A model generated the notes under the pieces. The model did not search any database. It was not told the origin of the DNA and saw only the letters and a list, made by a program, of their open reading frames with translations. Both the position numbers and the translations under genes were made by a program. From NCBI GenBank assembly GCA_040752695.1, contig JBFMGO010000141.1, positions 1-12,861 on the forward strand: a stretch of 12,861 nt of DNA. The letters are read 5' to 3'. This document shows positions 1-7,997 of this stretch, in pieces (the first letter of the stretch is position 1; each line of letters opens with the position of its first letter). Source of the DNA: a bacterium. GTDB lineage: Bacteria; SZUA-182; DTGQ01.

Positions 1-187
1 CGTCTCCCCGCTCGTTCCTTACAGGCGTAACCAGTGGAGTGTAGGTAATGAACGTATTGTCATAGCTGGGGTATTGGGTTGCGGCCAGACCGTTTCCACT
101 CCCGACTGCCATAACTATTATTGCCAGGGTAATTCCGATAATGATGATCTCTCCAAGCCTCTCTCTATCAAGCTGTTCCTTCTTCAT
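1..187 (-). CDS. N-terminal part of a predicted secreted protein; runs off the left edge of the window
   Basis: Not in the ORF track; translated by hand: MKKEQLDRERLGEIIIIGITLAIIVMAVGSGNGLA-ATQYPSYDNTFITYTPLVTPVRNERGD..., open to position 1. Charged N-region, hydrophobic core and G-L-A cleavage-like site fit a Sec signal peptide. AAGGA lies 7 nt before the ATG at 187. An alternative in-frame ATG is at 193. Confidence 0.75.
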   Translation of the reverse strand, partial: MKKEQLDRERLGEIIIIGITLAIIVMAVGSGNGLAATQYPSYDNTFITYTPLVTPVRNERGD

Positions 188-196
188 AAGCATTTC

Positions 197-259
197 CTTT
201 TGCTGGGGATGTTGCAACGCTTCTTCCTTCTCCCTATGCCAGGGATAGTGCAACGCTTC
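197..259. repeat. Imperfect direct repeat, 36-nt period, 2 copies
   Basis: Minus strand reads GAAGCGTTGCACTATCCCTGGCATAGGGA... then GAAGCGTTGCAACATCCCCAGCAAAAGGA. Cores on the plus strand: gggatgttgcaacgcttc (206-223) and gggatagtgcaacgcttc (242-259), 16/18 identical. Confidence 0.8.
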
Positions 260-445
260 CCTTATTCTGTTTTGCCTTATTGTTATTTTTGAGTGGTTAT
301 TAACTTTTTATTGTTGATCTATCACCTCTCTTTTTTCTTTAGGTATAAGGTAATGGTTATATTTCCCATAGAATTTCCGAAGTGCGTAATACTTACACCA
401 TGATCAGTGAATAGGTATTATGCATACATGAGAATTACCAGTTTT

Positions 446-907
446 TCAGGAAATAATAATAGAAGCACCCAGGATTGGCTGGTTAAAGGAAGAAAAAAGC
501 CGGTTCTTACTATCGAACCGACAGGATCTTGAGTCCGGGAAAATACGTTTCCAAAACCATATATGATTACGGTACAGGGAGGAAAAAAGATCACGCATGA
601 GATCCTTATATCGGGGGATCGAAGGGTGCCGGGCATGATGAATTGCAGGATCGCTTCTTTTTGGGAACAGGTGGTTGGGATTCCTCCATCCGAGGGGTAA
701 CGAGGGCAGGTTTTTGCGCACAGCCACACCATCCTCAAGGTCCGGGAACTCGTGGTTCCCTGGTATATCCAGAAATTCGCAGATCCCCGGCGAGCTGCAT
801 TTCGCAAAAGCCGAAGCATCCGCCATATAGAGGAAGGGCATCACGCAAAGGAGTACAAGGATAAAGCCGTAGTACAAGGGATTGCTCTTTTGGTTACTAT
901 ATGCCAT
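446..907 (-). CDS. Hypothetical protein with an N-terminal signal peptide or TM helix (153 aa)
   Basis: ATG with AGGTGA Shine-Dalgarno 6 nt upstream. Hydrophobic segment YYGFILVLLCVMPFLYM followed by A-S-A/A-F-A cleavage-like sites. Co-oriented with its neighbours. No recognisable family. Confidence 0.6.
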   Translation of the reverse strand: MAYSNQKSNPLYYGFILVLLCVMPFLYMADASAFAKCSSPGICEFLDIPGNHEFPDLEDGVAVRKNLPSLPLGWRNPNHLFPKRSDPAIHHARHPSIPRYKDLMRDLFSSLYRNHIWFWKRIFPDSRSCRFDSKNRLFSSFNQPILGASIIIS

Positions 908-999
908 GGATCTTCACCTGTTGACATCGTGTAGCTACCCCCACTTAAAAAAAATCAGCGAAAAGTTTATCTCCTATTCTTTTTACTGCCTTACTTATC

Positions 1000-1016
1000 A
1001 GCATAATTAATGCCAG
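1000..1016 (-). promoter_or_regulatory. Putative sigma54 (RpoN) -24/-12 promoter
   Basis: Minus strand CTGGCATTAATTATGCT has the exact GG-N10-GC spacing, with TGGCA and TGCT matching the consensus TGGCACG-N4-TTGCW. It is intergenic, about 90 nt upstream of the ATG at 907 and downstream of a terminator-like hairpin. Confidence 0.55.
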
Positions 1017-1044
1017 ACTCACTCTTTGTACCATGTCTGGTCTT

Positions 1045-1078
1045 AAGAAGCCCCGTACTCTTTGAAAGAGTACGGGGC
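1045..1078 (-). terminator. Rho-independent terminator-like hairpin after the Ig-domain gene
   Basis: Perfect inverted repeat GCCCCGTACTCTTT-G-AAAGAGTACGGGGC (1050-1078), about 40 nt after the stop at 1118, followed on the minus strand by TTCTT. Confidence 0.75.
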
Positions 1079-1117
1079 AAAAGAAAATTGAGGTTCACTT
1101 TGAACCAAGACTCATTA

Positions 1118-3226
1118 TCATATTGACCACCAGGGGCGGACTTCAAGGTGTATCGTGAACACCGTAAAAGCACCATGGGGGTCCATGGCTACAATGTTAG
1201 CCGCATAGAAGCCGGGGAACTGGGTCTGGAATGTCCAGATGGCATGACCACTGGCATCTACTCCGATGGCGCCGATATCACAAGTATAGTATACCTTATC
1301 TCCATCCGGATCTGCAACATCCAGAGTCGGTTCAGACAGTGTGAACAGTTCTCCTGCGCGGCAGACCTGCGGATGATCCCAATCGCCCAGAATAACCGGC
1401 GGATGATTCAGCCATGTCCCTCTATTGACGCAGTGGAGGATGAACCGGCCGACACTGAATAGTCCCCGGTCATCCTGAACGGATACCACTACCGGATACA
1501 CCCCTTCAAACTGTGGAGTGAATTGAATCAGGCCGGTATGCGGGTCGATCAGCGACTCTTTATAGGGGCCGTACTGATAGGAAGATAAACTGGCAATCGT
1601 CATGTTCCAGGTCAAGTTGAACTGGTCGAAGGTGGGATGGGTCGGTGAATAGATACAACTGTCCGGATCAAGAGCGGAAAGGGCATACTCAAAAACCTCG
1701 CCTACATAAGCAATCTGATCGTCCACATCTTCCATACAGGGCGGGTAATTTTCTACCGGGTAATTGACCACCGAGATCGGAAAGGTTTCTATATCGTAGG
1801 CCCTGCCGTCGCTGACTTCTATCGTGACAATCAGGTCTTCCAAAACCTGAGGACAATACTCTAAAACCGCTACTCGTGGCCAATACTGGTAGCCGGCATT
1901 TTTGAGGGCCAATTCAATGTTTCTCACCCGTTCAGGGGTATAGTAGAAGGTACCTTCCGAAGCGTGGCTGCATCCGCAGGCATGTTCCACTGCTTCCTCA
2001 TCATTCTTCAGGTTATAGTAAGCAGGCAGAAAAAGGGGATAGCCATCATCGGGATCGACTTTCAGGGGACGAACCAAAGAGGTGGAGAAGCTTCCATGAG
2101 CACCTCCCTTGCCGATATAAGCAGAGAAGCGAAGCATGTCTTCTGCATGGTTATTGGTGCTCTTACGCATATTCTGGTCAGCAAGAACAGGAATGGTCAG
2201 GTCTTTGGTATTGGGATCAATTCCATCTTCTCTCCATGCCCTGCGTATCTCATCGGGGTCGATCAGAACATCGTTTTGTTTGCAGAAATCATCCGTGGCA
2301 AATATGAGCCTTTGCATCGGCGTAAACAACTGGGCAAAAATGGGACCGATTTTATAGAGGTAGGGCGGCTCCTCTTCTATGTGGTCATGGGCATGGAAAA
2401 TAACGTCATCCAGGCGGTAGCGGTTTCCCTCGATGGAGATAAAATCAATGCTGCGTAAATGCTTACCGCTCGTTCCCAGGGATTGCTCAATAAGTGTACC
2501 AATATCAACATAAATGGTATGCCAGGTCCAGTCCGCATATTGCCTGCCGATGTGCACGTCAATGAATCCAGGGTTTGAGGGGTCATCGGTCGGAGCACTG
2601 ACCAGGATTGGAGCAGCCTCGTAGTTGGCGCAGCCTGGGCAGTCCTCTCTGGGAATCAAGCGGATGGCATAGTAATAGAGCTTGTCCCGGTAGAGAGGGT
2701 CTTTCAGGGTTCCATGAATGATGAAAGTGAACGTGTCAAACATTTCAAAGGTCAAAGGAGCCCGGATCTTAAAACTCAAGTAAGTGCACAGCGGGCTTTG
2801 ATTGGGATTATTGGGATCGGGACTCAGAAAACTTGCCGGATCTGGGCTTTCAAGTGCCTTTGAGATCGTGTATCTTTGAAATTCAGGGAGGAATACGGAA
2901 GCCTGCATATAAACATTCAAAACCCGGCTTACCTCGATGGAATCCAGTACCGTCATAAGATGACCGTAACCGATTCCATTCCCCCATATGGGGTAGGAAG
3001 GTTCGTTCGTAGACCATCCATGGTTTTGCGGATTATCCCAGTATTCGAAATTATCAACGATAACATCGCCGTAATTCGTCAGGAAGGGAAGTTGCGTAGC
3101 CTGAGAGAGTTGATCCGGGAGCATCCAGGAGTCCTCTGCCAGGCACCAGGATACTGAAAGCAACAATAAAACTATCGCTGAGCAAGTGAAAATCATGAGT
3201 GTGTTATCCTTAATTATTTTTACCAT
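1118..3226 (-). CDS. Secreted protein with cadherin/He_PIG-like Ig repeats and a putative CBM-like beta-sandwich N-terminal domain (~702 aa)
   Basis: Long ORF. Start reassigned from TTG 3268 to ATG 3226, which follows AAGGAGAAAGGGAAGA. Signal peptide ...AIVLLLLSVSWCLA|ED. The C-terminal repeats show NxPP...DPD...G-x-Y-x-V-x-V-x-D-xx-G motifs (NYPP..ALDPD..IDPHTGLIQFTP..EGVYPVVVSVQDDRG and NHPP..ADPDGD..PGFYAANIVAMDPHG). Confidence 0.85.
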   Translation of the reverse strand: MVKIIKDNTLMIFTCSAIVLLLLSVSWCLAEDSWMLPDQLSQATQLPFLTNYGDVIVDNFEYWDNPQNHGWSTNEPSYPIWGNGIGYGHLMTVLDSIEVSRVLNVYMQASVFLPEFQRYTISKALESPDPASFLSPDPNNPNQSPLCTYLSFKIRAPLTFEMFDTFTFIIHGTLKDPLYRDKLYYYAIRLIPREDCPGCANYEAAPILVSAPTDDPSNPGFIDVHIGRQYADWTWHTIYVDIGTLIEQSLGTSGKHLRSIDFISIEGNRYRLDDVIFHAHDHIEEEPPYLYKIGPIFAQLFTPMQRLIFATDDFCKQNDVLIDPDEIRRAWREDGIDPNTKDLTIPVLADQNMRKSTNNHAEDMLRFSAYIGKGGAHGSFSTSLVRPLKVDPDDGYPLFLPAYYNLKNDEEAVEHACGCSHASEGTFYYTPERVRNIELALKNAGYQYWPRVAVLEYCPQVLEDLIVTIEVSDGRAYDIETFPISVVNYPVENYPPCMEDVDDQIAYVGEVFEYALSALDPDSCIYSPTHPTFDQFNLTWNMTIASLSSYQYGPYKESLIDPHTGLIQFTPQFEGVYPVVVSVQDDRGLFSVGRFILHCVNRGTWLNHPPVILGDWDHPQVCRAGELFTLSEPTLDVADPDGDKVYYTCDIGAIGVDASGHAIWTFQTQFPGFYAANIVAMDPHGAFTVFTIHLEVRPWWSI

Positions 3227-3589
3227 TCTTCCCTTTCTCCTTAGCCCCCCCTTATTCAGGTCGTTCAATACATTAAGTAGTTAGATAGACTTATTTCTTC
3301 GGATGTGTAAAAATCGTTATCCTATACTTTTTGCCGGGGGATCAAGTCAGGAAAATGTTTATGATGGTATTTTTGGGAGAAAAAGGACGCTTGGAAATAA
3401 AGCAATACCACTACCTCATCAGGTTCTCGTAAGATTGCTTCCCCTTCAATTTTAACGAGAGAGATAGGGGTCTTTTTTTGGAATAGCGATGCCACTTTCT
3501 AATAAAAACCGGACGATCCTGTGATGCCTTATACTTCCCTGGTTTCCCCTTTTTGAACCACCAATCTGCCACCTTCTATATCAATTAAA

Positions 3590-3619
3590 ATAATATATAT
3601 TGGTTAATACTTATGTCAA
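3590..3619 (-). promoter_or_regulatory. Putative sigma70-type promoter for the Ig-domain gene
   Basis: Minus strand TTGACA (3619-3614), then TATATT at a 16-nt spacer or TATTAT at an 18-nt spacer, in AT-rich intergenic DNA downstream of the ATPase operon hairpin. Confidence 0.6.
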
Positions 3620-3726
3620 GTAAAATTTGTCCTGGACTGCTTTTAACCTGAAGAATCAAGATATTACGGCTCAAAAAGGCAAATTAAAGAGCAGGATTCG
3701 AGCGAACAGGGAAAATGAAGGAGTAA

Positions 3727-3760
3727 GGGATAGGGGTATTCTGTTTCGATCCCCTATCCC
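3727..3760 (-). terminator. Stem-loop at the 3' end of the V/A-ATPase operon (probable terminator)
   Basis: 10-bp perfect arms GGGATAGGGG / CCCCTATCCC starting about 30 nt after the subunit D stop. The downstream tract TTACTCCTTCATTTT is pyrimidine-rich but not a clean U run. Confidence 0.6.
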
Positions 3761-3791
3761 GATGATGCGTGGATTATCAGTGCGGCAGGAG

Positions 3792-4412
3792 TCAGTGCCC
3801 ACGGATAATATCCTTGATTTTGATCAGGTTTGTCAGGAAAGAACGTTCCATCTCGCTGAGCCGCATGGAAATATTCTTGATGGATTCTTCAAGGTCTGGG
3901 ATGAGCATGTATTCAAGGGCATTAACCCGGCGGCGGGTTCTTTCCAGTTCGGCAGCCAGTAATTCGATCTGTCTTTCTACTTGAGCCAATTCGATCAACA
4001 GTGGCATGGTTTCGCTGAAAAGCAACAGGGAACGGTCCAGGTCGGCACTGGTTTCCGTAAATCCATAGGAGAATACATCCGGCTTTCCGCTTAAAGCGAG
4101 TTCCGGGATGCGTACATTCATCAGTGACCTGAAACTGATCGCAACATCCACCATCTCCTTGCTTCCCAAAAGGGATTCTTCGACCGTCTCGCGGGACATG
4201 GTGGTCCGGGCCAGAACAAGCCCCTGAAAAGCCTGTGAAAGCCCATTCTCCACCTGCTCTCTCAAGGTGCGGTATCCCCTGACCATGTTCATAAACTGCC
4301 GGACCAGTTCGTCTTGCTTATCTTTCAAGAGCTTGTGACCTTTTCTGGCGATGACCAGTCTTTTTTTCCGGTTTAAAAGCTCCATGCGATTGGCATTGAT
4401 CTTTTCTCTCAT
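3792..4412 (-). CDS. atpD: V/A-type ATPase subunit D (central rotor, NtpD)
   Basis: Motifs RMEL..K.RL..A.KGHKLLKDKQDEL and ELERTRRRVNALEY..IP; 206 aa; last gene of the operon; AAGGAG SD. Confidence 0.97.
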   Translation of the reverse strand: MREKINANRMELLNRKKRLVIARKGHKLLKDKQDELVRQFMNMVRGYRTLREQVENGLSQAFQGLVLARTTMSRETVEESLLGSKEMVDVAISFRSLMNVRIPELALSGKPDVFSYGFTETSADLDRSLLLFSETMPLLIELAQVERQIELLAAELERTRRRVNALEYMLIPDLEESIKNISMRLSEMERSFLTNLIKIKDIIRGH

Positions 4413-4437
4413 CTAAAAGCTCCTTGTCTTTTGGGCC

Positions 4438-5856
4438 TTAGACTGCAACACCTGCCGCCTCCTGTTTTGCCTCCTTCGTCTCCTTCTGTTTGGGCATGTA
4501 CTTATCGATATCGGCATCGCTGACCCGCTTCAGTTCGGACCGTGGCAGCAAGGCCAAAAGACGCCAGCCGATGTCCAGGGTCTCCACAATCGGGCGGTCT
4601 TCATAGATGCCCTGCTGGATAAATTTCTCCTCAAACTGCCGGGAGAATTCCAAAAAGAGCTTATCCGCATCGCTCAAGGCAGCTTCGCCCAGGATTACGG
4701 CCAGTTCCGCAGCCTCTTTTCCCCGTGCATAGGCGGCGAAAAGCTGGTTGGACAGACCGGCATGATCCTCGCGGGTTTTCCCCGGCCCCATGCCTTTATC
4801 CCGAAGGCGTGACAGGGAAGGAAGAACATCGATCGGAGGATAGATTCCTTTGCGGTGCAGACCGCGGGCCAGGATAATCTGGCCTTCGGTAATGTACCCG
4901 GTCAGGTCCGGAATGGGGTGGGTTTTGTCATCTTCCGGCATGGTCAGAATGGGCATCTGGGTGATCGACCCTTTGACTCCCTTGATCCTTCCGGCACGCT
5001 CATAGATGGTGGAAAGGTCCGTGTACATGTATCCCGGATACCCCCTGCGGCCCGGGATTTCCTTGCGTGCAGCCGAAATTTCACGCAATGCCTCGGCATA
5101 GTTGGTCATATCGGTCAAAATGACCAGAACGTGCATCCCGCGGTCATAGGCCAGATACTCGGCGGCAGTCAGGGCCATGCGGGGCGTAGCGGTTCGCTCG
5201 ACCGCCGGATCATTGGCCAGGTTGACGAACAGGACGGACCGGTCGATGGCTCCTGTTTTTTGAAAATCGGAGCGAAAGTAGTCATATTCCTCGAAGGTTA
5301 TGCCCATAGCTCCGAAAACGACGGCAAATTCTTCCTCCTTGCCCAGAACCTTGGCCTGCCGGGCGACCTGGACGGCCATCTGGGCATGGGGGAGACCTGC
5401 GCCGGAAAATATCGGCAATTTCTGGCCGCGAACCAGGGTGTTCAAGCCATCGATAACCGAAATACCGGTCTGAATAAATTCCGAAGGATAATCCCTAGCA
5501 TACGGGTTAATGGGACTTCCATTGATATCCATCCGTTTTTCCGGGATAATGTTCGGCCCCCCATCGATAGGATTGCCCATACCATCGAAAATTCTGCCTA
5601 AAATGTCGGGAGAAAGAGCCAGCTCCACGCCTTTTCCCAGGAACCGCACCCTGGTTTCAGATACGTTGATTCCCGAAGAGTTCCCGAAGAGCTGGATCAG
5701 GGCAGTATCGCCATTGACCTCCAGCACCTTGGCCAGCCTTACCTCACCACTGGCTAACTCCACTTCAGCCAATTCATCGAATTTTACTCCTTCAACGGCC
5801 TTGATCAGCATCAGGGGACCGTAAATCTCCTCAGTTGTTTTATATTCTTTTAACAT
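4438..5856 (-). CDS. atpB: V/A-type ATPase subunit B (non-catalytic, NtpB)
   Basis: [76 protein letters not shown]. Confidence 0.99.
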   Translation of the reverse strand: MLKEYKTTEEIYGPLMLIKAVEGVKFDELAEVELASGEVRLAKVLEVNGDTALIQLFGNSSGINVSETRVRFLGKGVELALSPDILGRIFDGMGNPIDGGPNIIPEKRMDINGSPINPYARDYPSEFIQTGISVIDGLNTLVRGQKLPIFSGAGLPHAQMAVQVARQAKVLGKEEEFAVVFGAMGITFEEYDYFRSDFQKTGAIDRSVLFVNLANDPAVERTATPRMALTAAEYLAYDRGMHVLVILTDMTNYAEALREISAARKEIPGRRGYPGYMYTDLSTIYERAGRIKGVKGSITQMPILTMPEDDKTHPIPDLTGYITEGQIILARGLHRKGIYPPIDVLPSLSRLRDKGMGPGKTREDHAGLSNQLFAAYARGKEAAELAVILGEAALSDADKLFLEFSRQFEEKFIQQGIYEDRPIVETLDIGWRLLALLPRSELKRVSDADIDKYMPKQKETKEAKQEAAGVAV

Positions 5857-5885
5857 GGTGCGCCTTGATCCTCCAAATATCGCCC

Positions 5886-7646
5886 TTAGGTGTTCATGAA
5901 AGAGGCAATCTGATTTTTGAGATCTTCCCGGTAGCTGTCAAATACTGAAAGATCTTTTTCCTCAAGGAATTTCATTCTGGCCAGCTTTTCCATAATGGGC
6001 AATCCGGTGAGTTGGGCCAGGGAGCAGCAACCGGTCTCCAGTGCTTTCTGAAATTGATGGTAGGTCTGGATAATCAGTTTCAGCATGCTATACTGCTTTT
6101 CCAATGAAGTATAGCTGTCCTGCTTGTGAAAGGCATTCTGATACAGAAAGTCTTCCCTGATCGATTTGGCCATACTCAAGGTTAACTGATCGAGGGGGGA
6201 AAGGGATTCGGTACCGACCAGGCGGACAATCTCTTCGAGCTCCGATTCTTTATGAAGCAGGGACATGGCTTCAATCCGGATGGTCTCCCAGTCACCTGCA
6301 CCTTTGTCTTTCGTAAGGTACTCTTCCAGGTTGTCATGGTAAAGAGAGTAGCTTAAAAGCCAGTTTATAGCCGGGAAATGACGGCGATAGGCCAGATTGG
6401 CATCGAGGCCCCAGAAGGCTTTGACGATTTTCAGGGTCGCCTGAACCACCGGGTCGGACATGTCGCCTCCGGGAGGGGACACAGCACCGATAGCGCTTAA
6501 GGAACCTTCCTTTTCACTGCTGCCGATGACCTTAACCAGTCCTGCCCTTTCGTAAAAGTCCGCCATCCGGGTGGGCAGGTAGGCAGGATAGCCTTCCTCA
6601 CCGGGCATTTCTTCCAGACGTCCGGACATCTCGCGCAGGGCTTCGGCCCAGCGGGAGGTGGAATCTGCCATTAAGGCCACATGATAGCCCATATCCCGGA
6701 AATATTCGGCTATGGTGATACCGGTATAGATGGACGCCTCCCTTGCTGCCACCGGCATATTGGAGGTGTTGGCGATGAGAATGGTCCGTTTCATCAGGGG
6801 CTCGCCGGAGCGGGGGTCGAGAAGTTCAGGGAATTCCAGTAATACGTCAGCCATTTCATTCCCTCTTTCCCCGCAGCCGATGTAGACGATGATGTCTGCA
6901 TCCGACCACTTGGCCAACTGATGCTGAACCACGGTTTTCCCCGAGCCGAAGGGGCCGGGGATACAGGCGGTTCCTCCCTTGGCCACAGGGAAAAACATGT
7001 CGATGATTCTCTGCCCCGTAGCCAGAGGATGCGTGGGTGCCAGTTTTTCCCGGTAGGGCCTCGGCTTTCGGACCGGCCACTTTTGTATCAGGCCAAGATC
7101 GGCCCTTTTTCCGCTTTTTGTTTTTAATGTGCCGACGATGTCGCTTACCTTGAATTTACCGCTTTTTATTTCAAGGATCTCCCCTTCGAGCCCCGGTGGC
7201 ACGAGCACCCGGTGTTCTACCAGCACTGTCTCCTGAATGGTGCCCAGGATATCGCCGCCGCTCACCCGATCGCCCTTTTTGACCACTGCCTGAAACTGCC
7301 AGACCTTGTCCCTGTCGAGGCTGGGCAGATCGACTCCTCTTTGGATCATGTTTCCGGTTTTGCCATAGATCATATCGAGGGGTCTTTGGATGCCGTCAAA
7401 AATCGCCTCGATGAGTCCGGGGCCTAATTCAACACTCAAGGGCGAGCCCGTGGATGTGACGGGGTCACCCGGCCCAAGACCCCCGGTTTCCTCGTATACT
7501 TGAATGGAAGCCAAATCGGCTTTTATTTCAACGATCTCTCCCACAAGCCCCTGATGTCCGACCCTCACCACATCGTACATGTTCGCACCCTGCATCTTTT
7601 CCGCAACCACCAATGGGCCAGAGACCTTGATGATTTTCCCTGCCAT
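5886..7646 (-). CDS. atpA: V/A-type ATPase subunit A (catalytic, NtpA)
   Basis: Walker [54 protein letters not shown]. Start set at ATG 7646 because GGAGG is 10 nt upstream of it but only 1 nt upstream of the track's ATG at 7655. Confidence 0.99.
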   Translation of the reverse strand: MAGKIIKVSGPLVVAEKMQGANMYDVVRVGHQGLVGEIVEIKADLASIQVYEETGGLGPGDPVTSTGSPLSVELGPGLIEAIFDGIQRPLDMIYGKTGNMIQRGVDLPSLDRDKVWQFQAVVKKGDRVSGGDILGTIQETVLVEHRVLVPPGLEGEILEIKSGKFKVSDIVGTLKTKSGKRADLGLIQKWPVRKPRPYREKLAPTHPLATGQRIIDMFFPVAKGGTACIPGPFGSGKTVVQHQLAKWSDADIIVYIGCGERGNEMADVLLEFPELLDPRSGEPLMKRTILIANTSNMPVAAREASIYTGITIAEYFRDMGYHVALMADSTSRWAEALREMSGRLEEMPGEEGYPAYLPTRMADFYERAGLVKVIGSSEKEGSLSAIGAVSPPGGDMSDPVVQATLKIVKAFWGLDANLAYRRHFPAINWLLSYSLYHDNLEEYLTKDKGAGDWETIRIEAMSLLHKESELEEIVRLVGTESLSPLDQLTLSMAKSIREDFLYQNAFHKQDSYTSLEKQYSMLKLIIQTYHQFQKALETGCCSLAQLTGLPIMEKLARMKFLEEKDLSVFDSYREDLKNQIASFMNT

Positions 7647-7664
7647 GTTTTTCATTCCTCCAAT

Positions 7665-7997
7665 CTATTTCGAAAACAGGATATCAGTACCCAAAGCCTT
7701 TTTGACTATCTCTTGTATTTTCGTGGCAGCCAATCCCAAACTGCCTTTATGGGAAGGGATAATAACGATGATGGGCAGGAATGAGATGCTTTTTTTCAAA
7801 TCTTCCAGGGGCTTATCGATTTTAACAGCGAGATCGTCGGTGATGAAAATAATGGAATAGTGATCTTTCCCCTCTTTTATGAGCCTGGTCGCCCTCTGTA
7901 AAGCTTCTTCCTCGTTCTGGACGGGAAAAATCTCGGCCCCCATCGAGGTAAAGCCCAGAATACTGTCCCTCCCGCCGATTACTGCAATTTTAGCCAT
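7665..7997 (-). CDS. atpF: V/A-type ATPase subunit F (NtpG in E. hirae nomenclature)
   Basis: N-terminal KIAVIG.RDSILGF...G and C-terminal IP...GSLG......I...V.KALG.DI motifs; 110 aa; lies between C and A. Confidence 0.96.
   Translation of the reverse strand: MAKIAVIGGRDSILGFTSMGAEIFPVQNEEEALQRATRLIKEGKDHYSIIFITDDLAVKIDKPLEDLKKSISFLPIIVIIPSHKGSLGLAATKIQEIVKKALGTDILFSK

Noticed and set aside
206..259. 36-nt periodic repeat as a CRISPR remnant
   Set aside because: Only two degenerate copies, no spacer-sized unique sequence between them, and no cas genes in the window.
74..292. 72-aa plus-strand ORF
   Set aside because: It is antisense to the better-supported minus-strand gene with a signal peptide and starts at a TTG without a convincing SD.
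418..819. Alternative-frame 133-aa ORF overlapping 446..907
   Set aside because: It lacks a convincing SD, whereas the 907 frame has AGGTGA and a signal-peptide-like N-terminus.
3227..3268. TTG-started N-terminal extension through the G7 tract as a phase-variation switch
   Set aside because: The ATG at 3226 has the better SD context, which puts the tract in the UTR; seven G is also short for a contingency locus.
3395..3423. CTGATGAG on the minus strand, resembling a hammerhead ribozyme core
   Set aside because: There is no GAAA after a stem II and no compatible stems I and III.
3479..3494. Sigma54-like TGGCATCGCTATTCCA on the minus strand
   Set aside because: The -12 position reads CC instead of the near-invariant GC.
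4374..4423. GGAGCTTTTA present both at the subunit D SD and 40 nt downstream within the gene
   Set aside because: The internal copy encodes the conserved M-E-L-L segment, so a 10-nt match is plausibly chance.
4855..5601. 248-aa plus-strand ORF and the other antisense or alternative-frame ORFs over the operon and the Ig-domain gene
   Set aside because: They lie within or almost entirely overlap clearly conserved minus-strand genes and show no recognisable motifs, so they are treated as shadow ORFs.
4438..7655. Possible inteins in ATPase subunits A and B, a known insertion hotspot
   Set aside because: Lengths are canonical and the GPFGSGKT and GCGERGNE regions are uninterrupted.
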